Positions 39,766 to 47,250 are shown, counted from the stretch's first letter. The stretch is 64,000 nucleotides of DNA from Candidatus Omnitrophota bacterium (GCA_016928875.1 JAFGJY010000019.1:1996-65995), one strand, 5' to 3'. Notes: generated by a model from the sequence alone, not told the origin. Made by a program: numbers and translations.

Positions 39766-40959
39766 ATGGTACCATACCGCAAAGACCTGACCGAAAAACT
39801 TCTGATGTTCATCATGAAACATGATGCGCGCGATCTTATTTCTGCAGACGCCCTTGAGCATACTGACTGGAGCACATTCCTGCCGTTCGTGCGCTATCAC
39901 GGTTTACATAGCATGTTGTACCCGCTGCTCAAGCCCTTTCGTGAGCATATCCCCCATGTGCATTACGCTAGTTTTCATAAATCGTATTTTCAAGCGATCG
40001 CATTCAATGTGCGGGCAAAAGGATCATTTATGAAGATCAAAGATCTTTTTGACGGGAACGGTATCCAACTCGTACCGCTTAAAGGTATGGCGCTCATCTT
40101 CGATATTTATTCCTCGCATCCCTCGCGGCCAATGTGCGACCTTGATATCCTGATCACAGATAGTGATTACGAACGAGCGAAGGATCTTCTTAAGCAGATC
40201 GGATACATTAAAAATGTCTCTGATGATAGTGAACACTACTGGCGCAATGAACAGATGCACGTGAGCTTTGGTCCGAGAGACGGTACATTACCATTGTGTA
40301 TACTTGAGATGCACTGGCAGCTTGATTACACGCGCAAGTATCCCCTTTTGTCTGATCTCTGGCACCGCGTCCGGACTATCCCTGATGAAGGCGATGAAAT
40401 TGTGACCCTCTCGCCGGAAGATACACTGTTCTCGCTGGCACTACATCAGCGAAGGTTTGGTGCGCCACTCCAACTTAAGTATGCGTTTGATACGGCGTTG
40501 CTCTTTAAAAAGTATGAGAATAGTATTGATATTGATTATCTTATAAGTGAAGGCCGCAGGTCGCGGATACGATCGGCCCTGTATGCCCTCGTCAAGCAAT
40601 GTTCTTTTTTTTACTCTGATACGTCGGTTGAAAGATTACTAAAGGAATTACACATCTCAACGCTACGCAAGAACTGCCTGGACGCAATGATCAAAAAGAA
40701 CACATTTGAAATACAGAACAACACAAAGCAGCTGTTTGCCACCCTGCATCTGTTCCTCTTTGATAGCTGGAACGAACCATTATTCTACATGCTGAACATA
40801 CCCTATGTGCAGTTCTGCAAATATTACGGTCTTCTCCCCGGGCAGAAATATTCCCGCTTCTTGTACTCTCTCCGTTATTTTTACTATGGAATTGGGCTGA
40901 TACAATTAGGTGTGCAAAAGCTGTGTTTTTTACTACGGGGCGAAGCGGAGAAAAGATGA
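39766..40959 (+). CDS. nucleotidyltransferase-fold family protein (RiPP-cluster associated)
   Basis: PLKGMALIFDIY...CDLDILI matches the pol-beta NTase G[SG]x(n)DxD motif; the family is known next to HprK-like kinases in lasso-peptide clusters. Confidence 0.5.
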   Translation: MVPYRKDLTEKLLMFIMKHDARDLISADALEHTDWSTFLPFVRYHGLHSMLYPLLKPFREHIPHVHYASFHKSYFQAIAFNVRAKGSFMKIKDLFDGNGIQLVPLKGMALIFDIYSSHPSRPMCDLDILITDSDYERAKDLLKQIGYIKNVSDDSEHYWRNEQMHVSFGPRDGTLPLCILEMHWQLDYTRKYPLLSDLWHRVRTIPDEGDEIVTLSPEDTLFSLALHQRRFGAPLQLKYAFDTALLFKKYENSIDIDYLISEGRRSRIRSALYALVKQCSFFYSDTSVERLLKELHISTLRKNCLDAMIKKNTFEIQNNTKQLFATLHLFLFDSWNEPLFYMLNIPYVQFCKYYGLLPGQKYSRFLYSLRYFYYGIGLIQLGVQKLCFLLRGEAEKR

Positions 40960-40980
40960 ACGATCGTTCCCCTGCGTTCT

Positions 40981-41210
40981 TTACAAAGGAAATAGTAACG
41001 GGCCGGCCCCGCCGATACAATCATTAGGCGAAGGACCTGCCGTACAGCTACCAAAAGAGTATCCTACCTCACAAAACCCAGGATGCATGATCGAATTATT
41101 AGTGTTCCATGCGCCGCTCGCAGCATTACCGTGGCCACATGCTAAACATGAGCCGGATACCCTTGGTTATATTCAAAAACTTGTGGCGCAGTATAATGTT
41201 TTTTCGATAT
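40981..41210 (-). pseudogene. decayed precursor gene of the KK-Y-x-x-P-x-I family (start lost, 1-nt frameshift)
   Basis: The minus strand reads ..SKKHYTAPQVFEYNQGYPAHV* then, in the +1 frame, CGHGNAASGAWNTNNSIMHPGFCEVGYSFGSCTAGPSPNDCIGG..*; the DNA aligns to P3 (41228-41473) with ATG changed to TCG and a 1-nt deletion. Confidence 0.6.
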
Positions 41211-41227
41211 ACAATTTGCTGACTGTG

Positions 41228-41473
41228 TTATATCGCGGGCCATACTTGCGGCGAATCACCGGCGGTGCAATTATTAGGGCTACCGCCGGAAGTACAATTC
41301 CCGAACGAATACCCTATGGTGCAATAGCCGGGATAGGCGATTGAATTCCCAATACTGCATGTACCGCTCGCTGTACTCCCCAGGCCACAAGCATATGCAT
41401 CTGCCGGATGCCCTTGGTTATATTCTATGATCTGTGGTGGGCTATAATCTTTTTTATTTTTCATTATTTCCAA
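41228..41473 (-). CDS. putative RiPP precursor peptide P3 (KK-Y-x-x-P-x-I leader family)
   Basis: 81 aa MEIMKNKKDYSPPQIIEY..; core with 6 Cys, ..NCTAGDSPQVWPAI. Confidence 0.65.
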   Translation of the reverse strand: MEIMKNKKDYSPPQIIEYNQGHPADAYACGLGSTASGTCSIGNSIAYPGYCTIGYSFGNCTSGGSPNNCTAGDSPQVWPAI

Positions 41474-41550
41474 ATCTATGATTTTATACTTGTGTAAGAA
41501 TTATAACACATTAGGTATGATTCGCGGATATTTTTGCTGTTTAAAAGCCA

Positions 41551-42636
41551 TTACCGATCTCCATGATCAAGTTTGTTTACTAGATCGTTAAAGTCATCGC
41601 TGAGATCTGCTTTTAACGGGAATTTAAGTTCATAAGAAGGAATACCTGTAGCAATGTCGGCTAGCATATTAAAATAGAAGCTATTACTCTCACGGTCGGC
41701 ATTCATTGCCATAAGCTGTAATGGTTGATCGTAAAAAAGGAAACGACTGAGAGCATCACGCACATCGATGGGCGTTGCTTTTAAAACATCTGATTTCTCA
41801 AGGAAGAATATATATTTGATCGGAAATGAGCGTGATACCATGTCGGCGCTCATACTTCCCTGCTTGTACTCGTTCCACCATGGCGTTGCAACCGCAGAAA
41901 ATCCACCCTGTTCATCGGTCACAATGATACTGAGATCGTCACTCAGACCCCTGTACTTTTTAAGTGTTTTTACGATCGTTGATTTCCCATCGCCTCCCTT
42001 GCCTAAAAATACATACCCTGCCCCCTCACGAGCACACGAAGCCGCATGCATAATGACACCTTTTCGAGCGGCCATAAGTGATGTCCTGAATATCTCGTAC
42101 AGCGCTTGAACGCGAACTAAATGCTGTACTTTTATCTCAAGCGGGTCTGCTTCACCAATGATCAAGCGGAACATGAACCCGCACCGCTGTTGCTTGCAAA
42201 AAAAGCTCAACACTGCGCCGGACGAGACAACCGTCGCATCTTCAGTCTTTACTCCATCCAGAAGTACCTCAAAAAGCTGTGGGTGTGCGTCAAAATACGC
42301 CGCAAAAAAGAATTTAAACGTATCCTCGAGGCAATCTTTGGGATTATTGTACAGTAATACGATCTTCTTCTTAAGCAGCGTGATAAACTCGTGATACTTG
42401 GCTGGTAATCTTTCCCGTCGCGCTTCCACTAAATATTCTATGTAATAATTATAGTCGTTCTCTTCTTCTTGGACCACAGGATACTGTGCGAACGGTGTGT
42501 AGTCTAATATCATGCCTATTTCAGCCTTGCGGCTCACATCAAAATGGATGTTAACGCAGATGCCTGCTATACATACTCTCACCCTATCGAACTGCCGTTT
42601 TTTGAATAGACTATCATGCGATATCATACCATTCAT
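41551..42636 (-). CDS. HPr kinase-related P-loop kinase-like protein (paralog 3)
   Basis: VIMHAASCAREGAGYVFLGKGGDGKSTIV..LSDDLSIIV. Confidence 0.6.
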   Translation of the reverse strand: MNGMISHDSLFKKRQFDRVRVCIAGICVNIHFDVSRKAEIGMILDYTPFAQYPVVQEEENDYNYYIEYLVEARRERLPAKYHEFITLLKKKIVLLYNNPKDCLEDTFKFFFAAYFDAHPQLFEVLLDGVKTEDATVVSSGAVLSFFCKQQRCGFMFRLIIGEADPLEIKVQHLVRVQALYEIFRTSLMAARKGVIMHAASCAREGAGYVFLGKGGDGKSTIVKTLKKYRGLSDDLSIIVTDEQGGFSAVATPWWNEYKQGSMSADMVSRSFPIKYIFFLEKSDVLKATPIDVRDALSRFLFYDQPLQLMAMNADRESNSFYFNMLADIATGIPSYELKFPLKADLSDDFNDLVNKLDHGDR

Positions 42637-42838
42637 ATATGCTCAATCATGTCTTCCATGTTTTTTAAAAGTATTCTATATTGCAATGGACATTAAATTA
42701 TTTTTTATTAACGCCGGCATATCGTACATACTTACATTATGTGGTGAGAATTCCTGACCGGGAACAAAAGAAGGGATTCATAGGCTCATCTTGTGTGAAT
42801 TATCTGCAGCTTCTTGAATAATAACACTTAGAATAAAC

Positions 42839-43087
42839 TCAGTAAACGACGTTGCTACCAAAAGAACAATAGCCTGTTGCAGCAGTGCCGGCCTCGCACA
42901 GCGAAGGGGCGAATCCTGTGTTACATATGTTATTAGCAGCCGTACCAGTACCGCAAGCAGTGCTAGCAGCGCCACCGGAGTTGCACACCCCAATGACGCC
43001 TGATCCGGGATCACAGAGGCCAACACCTTCAGAATCAGAGGGGGGATTAAAAAATGCTATTTGTGGTTTTAAATATGGTCGCTTCAT
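42839..43087 (-). CDS. putative RiPP precursor peptide P4 (KK-Y-x-x-P-x-I leader family)
   Basis: 82 aa MKRPYLKPQIAFF..; core with 7 Cys in a G/S/T/A-rich context. Confidence 0.65.
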   Translation of the reverse strand: MKRPYLKPQIAFFNPPSDSEGVGLCDPGSGVIGVCNSGGAASTACGTGTAANNICNTGFAPSLCEAGTAATGYCSFGSNVVY

Positions 43088-43239
43088 ATATTCAATTCAT
43101 TGTATATTCCTAGAAATGCTTACTCAAATGTTTGTATTATAAATAGTTATAATAATATGTCAATGTATCTTTAACTACGCGCCCGCATTTTTTGAACGCC
43201 TGCTGATTACGGATTACGGGATCTGTTATCTGGGTATAT

Positions 43240-44346
43240 TTACCGTAAATTCCCCTTTATTTTCTCAAAGGCATCTGACAGGTCTTCGGTAATTGGGAAT
43301 TCAAGCTCGTAACACGCACATCGTCGTGTCAGCGTTCGTAAGAAATCAAAATAAAAAGCAATGCTCTTTTTATCTGTGGAAATTCCCTGAAAACGAAATG
43401 GCGAGTCATCATAAAGAAAGCGCCTCATCGCATCGCTTCGGGAAAGAGGGATCATTGCCAGTTTCGTTGCTTTTTTAAGAAAGAAAACATGGCGCAATAC
43501 GTTATCAATGCAAACTTCATGTGCCCTACCCTTACGGGCAACCACATCATCGTTATTCCACAACGATGGAGCGAGCATAAAATCTCCCTTATCCACAGGA
43601 TTTAATACTATGCTTACGTCATCGCTTAAGACATGATATCCCTTGAGACTGTTAATGATCGTCGACTTCCCTCCTCCTCCTCTGCCCATAAAGAGGTTCG
43701 CATCATTACTTTTAAGATTGGATGCACCATGGAGCATAATGCCTTTTCTCTCACCTGCAAGCACGGTTCTTGTGATCATATATAACATTTCCATGCCGGC
43801 TCGACGGTCATAATGGTCAGTCCCCTCATCGGCAGGTGGCACAACAGACAACACGATCCCCACTTTTGCACGTGGGCAGTAGAATACTATCATGATCGAC
43901 GATACGCACATATAGCAATCGCCGTCCAGCAGGATCTTTTTGATCACGTTGAAAATATGGGGGTATTGATCAAAATACGAGGCAAGGTACTGACGCATTA
44001 GTGAATCTCCCTTGATGCATCTATTTCGGTCAAAGTACACAATATTCTTATCGAGGTACGTTAAGATCGTACGATAGTCCGAGTTCACATTGCTAACGTC
44101 AGATCGACGCAGAAAACACAGGTAATAGTCCGCACCGCTTACTACATATCTTGTAGGATCGCTCTGTGTATTCGTACATGCTTCTTTAATAAACGACTGC
44201 TCAACGAAACCATTGTCGTTAGGATCGAATCGTAAGGTTGCATGGATGTACCCCATCTTAAAATACAAGCTAGATGTGAATGTGCTATTGAGAAGCTCTT
44301 TATTCAAACTAGTATCCTTACCGTTAATGATATTTGCATTCATCAT
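43240..44346 (-). CDS. HPr kinase-related P-loop kinase-like protein (paralog 4)
   Basis: GIMLHGASNLKSNDANLFMGRGGGGKSTII..LSDDVSIVL. Confidence 0.6.
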   Translation of the reverse strand: MMNANIINGKDTSLNKELLNSTFTSSLYFKMGYIHATLRFDPNDNGFVEQSFIKEACTNTQSDPTRYVVSGADYYLCFLRRSDVSNVNSDYRTILTYLDKNIVYFDRNRCIKGDSLMRQYLASYFDQYPHIFNVIKKILLDGDCYMCVSSIMIVFYCPRAKVGIVLSVVPPADEGTDHYDRRAGMEMLYMITRTVLAGERKGIMLHGASNLKSNDANLFMGRGGGGKSTIINSLKGYHVLSDDVSIVLNPVDKGDFMLAPSLWNNDDVVARKGRAHEVCIDNVLRHVFFLKKATKLAMIPLSRSDAMRRFLYDDSPFRFQGISTDKKSIAFYFDFLRTLTRRCACYELEFPITEDLSDAFEKIKGNLR

Positions 44347-44457
44347 GTTATTTTCTGCAAAAGGACATAACGAATACTATCAGTAAAGATGAGTTTTGCC
44401 CCGATCTTATTTAATATGAATTCAAATGTCCTTATGGTATAAAATGAAATATGCGTT

Positions 44458-45166
44458 TCATCGCGTATATACTACTATTTCAGGAAATGATTGTCGAACG
44501 CTGTTCTTACCATCCTCCTGATAAGGTGTTTTGTACGCATAGGGGTTCCCGGCATTGATACGTACCAATGACATATCATCAGCAAGACAACAATTCGGCT
44601 CGAGAGTTCGAGCGACCGTTGGTTTACCCTGGTCCGCTGGCCCCCAAAGCAAAGTGTGCTTTACCATTTATTACAACCGCTGCCCCATGCATAAGCAACA
44701 GGTCTATTGTGTGGCATGCAACAAGTCTTACCATATCTTTTATTGTTGCCGAATAGAGACATTCACAGTTCATGGAGTTTTGAGATCGCAGTCGGTATAG
44801 TGGCATCATTCCGGAAGGTATGTGATACGTTATGAATTGATCAGGGTAAACATGCACAGCCTAGGTATTGTCGTTGACAGTGTATACCCGTTGTGCTGGG
44901 TTACGTGCGGCGAGGAGATCATAGCGATCGTTCAAAGAAACACTGGTATTGTTCCTTGCGCATAAAATAACTTCTTCTAGCCTGTCAAATGAGAACGCTT
45001 CATTATTGAAACAATCGATATCCTCGATCCTTACCGTAATGTATTGGTCATGGTCGCCAAAATGATCATTTCTTACATAAAGTGCACGGTGCCGTGCATC
45101 ATGCTCATTCAAATTTATGAGAAAGCTATCATGACTGGAAGAAAAAGCAATACCGGCTGATGACAA
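44458..45166 (-). pseudogene. HprK-like kinase pseudogene (in-frame TAG at 44861-44863 plus a frameshift; C-terminally truncated)
   Basis: ORFs 44861-45166 and 44624-44857 share one frame, separated only by TAG; the second ends ..LLLMHGAAVVINGKAHFALGASGPG (P-loop). The third ORF, 44458-44667, in a shifted frame, continues GKPTVARTLE..LADDMSLV, homologous to the GKST..LSDD..I block. Confidence 0.6.
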
Positions 45167-45229
45167 TTATCTTATTATAATCGATTTAAGAACATAGATA
45201 AATGAAAATAAATAATAATGCAAAGCTGC

Positions 45230-45487
45230 TCATACCGGATATGGCGCCGGAGAACCGCCAAAAACACAATCATTCGGCTTAGCGCCCCACGTACAACTTC
45301 CAAACGTCCCCCCTTGCTCACAAAAACCGGAGATTGCAGTTCCGATAACAGTGCCGTTCATACATGTACCAGATGCAGAACTCCCGCCTCCACATGCGTC
45401 TGCGTATGCAGAAAATGAGTCACCATATTCTAATATAGTTGGTTGAGAATATTTTTTTTTCATAGCGCCTAAACGATTTACTTTCAC
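45230..45487 (-). CDS. putative RiPP precursor peptide P5 (KK-Y-x-x-P-x-I leader family)
   Basis: 85 aa MKKKYSQPTILEY..; core ADACGGGSSASGTCMNGTVIGTAISGFCEQGGTFGSCTWGAKPNDCVFGGSP. Confidence 0.65.
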   Translation of the reverse strand: MKVNRLGAMKKKYSQPTILEYGDSFSAYADACGGGSSASGTCMNGTVIGTAISGFCEQGGTFGSCTWGAKPNDCVFGGSPAPYPV

Positions 45488-45529
45488 TCATAATACGCTA
45501 TTAACTCTGCGTTGTCAAACCAAAATCCT

Positions 45530-46189
45530 TCATCCTTTCTTCTTCATAACACAATATTTCACGTTGTCATTGGATAGCAGGACCCCGCCGATCGCATTGG
45601 CAATAACTCTCAACGTGTTAACTGTATAAAATGAAATATGTGTTTCATCCCTTATGTACCACCATTTAAGGAACTCAATGTCATTGCCAGGATGAAAGCG
45701 TGTCATGATCGCGAGAATTCCATGAGGATTAAGGCGTGACACCAGTTCAGATAATTGCATAAGTGGGCTTTTAAGATGCTCGATCACTTCTGTAGTTGTG
45801 ATCAGATCATACTTCTTTTTAAAGACCTCTTCGTGAGGATAAAAATACGGGTCATAATGATCAACGTATTCTATGTGCTCTTTTAATAATGTTGCAAGCA
45901 CCGGCGTAGTCCCGCAGCCGAAATCGAGGGCTGAAGAGACATGGTCCTTGTGAGGCAGGATCGCGGAATCAATAAAACTCAGGAACATATCGACATATCC
46001 CTTATTTTCGAACGTATTATTATGCAGTTCGTAGCGGCGTTTTTCTTCATCCGGGGCCAGGATCAAACATTCATCAAGTGATATAAACTCGCAGTTCTCA
46101 CACACAACGTAGCGCTTTGATGTTTCTCTGTGTATCAGTATCCTGGTTTGTGAACTACATATTTTGCACGATGGAGTAGGCATTGGCAT
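45530..46189 (-). CDS. class I SAM-dependent methyltransferase with N-terminal Cys4 zinc-ribbon
   Basis: CKICSS...CENCEF ribbon; LDFGCGTTPVLATLL is methyltransferase motif I. Confidence 0.7.
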   Translation of the reverse strand: MPMPTPSCKICSSQTRILIHRETSKRYVVCENCEFISLDECLILAPDEEKRRYELHNNTFENKGYVDMFLSFIDSAILPHKDHVSSALDFGCGTTPVLATLLKEHIEYVDHYDPYFYPHEEVFKKKYDLITTTEVIEHLKSPLMQLSELVSRLNPHGILAIMTRFHPGNDIEFLKWWYIRDETHISFYTVNTLRVIANAIGGVLLSNDNVKYCVMKKKG

Positions 46190-46308
46190 ACCTTAGTTCT
46201 TGTGGTGCCGTATGAGTAAACTACCACGCCCTTACAGACACGGCATTTGTCTAAAAAACCAAGCTGCGCTTGTCCGCGGTCTTTTTGGTACATATATTTT
46301 TATCGGTT

Positions 46309-46452
46309 GGTGGCCGCAGGCTTTAGCCTGCGCTGTACCAAAACCTTGAAAAACATACAATCCACCTACGAGGTGTGAAAAGAGCTTTTCTCACACCTCG
46401 TAGGTGAAGAATCCGTAATTAGTACAAACGCGGGCCAAAGCCTGCGGCTACC
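46309..46452. repeat. nested palindrome (about 30-bp outer arms around a 45-bp near-perfect inner palindrome) in a non-coding spacer
   Basis: Outer arms ggtggccgcaggctttagcctgcgctgtacc and gtacaaacgcgggccaaagcctgcggctacc; inner ccacctacgaggtgtgaaaagagcttttctcacacctcgtaggtg. Confidence 0.6.
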
Positions 46453-46533
46453 ATTCATTCTTGACTCTTCGGACGACCGCGGATTCGCATCCATCCACGC
46501 GCTTACGGACGTGGTATTGTGTGAGGATGCCAT

Positions 46534-46570
46534 AAAAAAGCCGCAACAGAACTGTTACGGCTTTTTTTTA
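46534..46570. terminator. Rho-independent (bidirectional) terminator downstream of tRNA-Asp
   Basis: aaaaaaGCCGCAACAGaaCTGTTACGGCtttttttt: a 10-bp stem with one mismatch, flanked by A and T tracts. Confidence 0.55.
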
Positions 46571-46648
46571 TGGCGGGAGCGACGGGACTTGAACCCGCAA
46601 CACCCAGATCGACAGTCTGGTACTCTAACCAAATTGAGCTACGCCCCC
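46571..46648 (-). tRNA. tRNA-Asp (anticodon GTC), CCA encoded
   Basis: The reverse complement GGGGGCGTAGCTCAATTTGGTTAGAGTACCAGACTGTCGATCTGGGTGTTGCGGGTTCAAGTCCCGTCGCTCCCGCCA folds as a cloverleaf with a 7-bp acceptor stem (one G-U), anticodon loop CTGTCGA and TPsiC GTTCAAG. Confidence 0.85.
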
Positions 46649-46665
46649 ATATATCAATGAATACC

Positions 46666-46740
46666 TGGGCGTTTAAGGATTCGAACCTTAGACCCCTTCC
46701 TTGTAAGGGAAGTGCTCTAAACCAGCTGAGCTAAACGCCC
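46666..46740 (-). tRNA. tRNA-Val (anticodon TAC)
   Basis: The reverse complement GGGCGTTTAGCTCAGCTGGTTTAGAGCACTTCCCTTACAAGGAAGGGGTCTAAGGTTCGAATCCTTAAACGCCCA has acceptor GGGCGTT/AACGCCC and anticodon loop CTTACAA; CCA is not encoded. Confidence 0.85.
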
Positions 46741-46820
46741 GTCAATACAAAAAACAAATTAAGCTTTCTTGGATTCTCCGCCACACGACGTGGCGCATTC
46801 GCCAATATCAGGAAGATATA

Positions 46821-46950
46821 ATGGCGAAGAACCTTAGACCCCTTCCTTGTAAGCCGAGTAGGTCCGCCGTTTTTATTCGCGGAGGAAGTGCTCTGTACAA
46901 ACCTCAGCCAAAGGCTGATCCGCCTCTGGCGGAAGCTGAGCTAAACGCCC
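46821..46950 (-). pseudogene. disrupted second tRNA-Val copy carrying two short insertions
   Basis: gaaccttagaccccttccttgtaag[ccgagtaggtccgccgtttttattcgcggag]gaagtgctct[gtacaaacctcagccaaaggctgatccgcctctggcggaag]ctgagctaaacgcccg; the insertions fall in the anticodon-stem and D-loop regions; insertion 1 recurs at 50613-50645. Confidence 0.7.
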
Positions 46951-47060
46951 GTCAATGCTTAAAATATGTCAAAAGTCCAAGCGAAAGAAGGTGTATTATA
47001 AGCAAGCCCTCTTCATTTGTCAAATAGTAACGCCCAATTTTTTGTTTTACCCACAGCATA

Positions 47061-47196
47061 TCGTCCCGGCCGTTCTTTGGTGTCGTCCCCGCCATTCTTT
47101 GCTGTCGTCCCCGCGCAAGCGGGGATCGAGGCACCGAGATCCCGGATAAGCCTCCCGCCACAAGACGAGGCGGGCAGGTCGGCTTTCCGGGACGAC
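47061..47196. repeat. REP-like nested-hairpin repeat, family A (with internal duplication and an extra hairpin insert)
   Basis: gtcgtccccgcgcaagcggggatc...cccggataagcc[tcccgccacaagacgaggcgggcagg]tcggctttccgggacgac. Confidence 0.75.
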
Positions 47197-47250
47197 GTGA
47201 AGAGGGTGCGGGGATGATATGGTACCTTCTGCGAAGATGACCCTAACTAA

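Noticed and set aside
40910-41344. 144-aa plus-strand ORF
   Set aside because: It lies entirely antisense to precursor P3 and the decayed precursor copy. It has no motifs, and it exists only because the peptide genes on the other strand are low in stop codons in this frame.
2054-45487. Thiazole/oxazole (TOMM) or lanthipeptide assignment for the Cys/Ser/Thr/Gly-rich precursors
   Set aside because: No YcaO/cyclodehydratase, LanB/LanC/LanM or dehydrogenase genes are present anywhere in the window. Radical-SAM/SPASM enzymes dominate instead.
29099-46950. Active integrative element or prophage
   Set aside because: tRNA-derived direct repeats are present. However, no integrase, recombinase, transposase, excisionase or phage structural gene could be recognised in any ORF of the bracketed segment. 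At most this is a degraded island.
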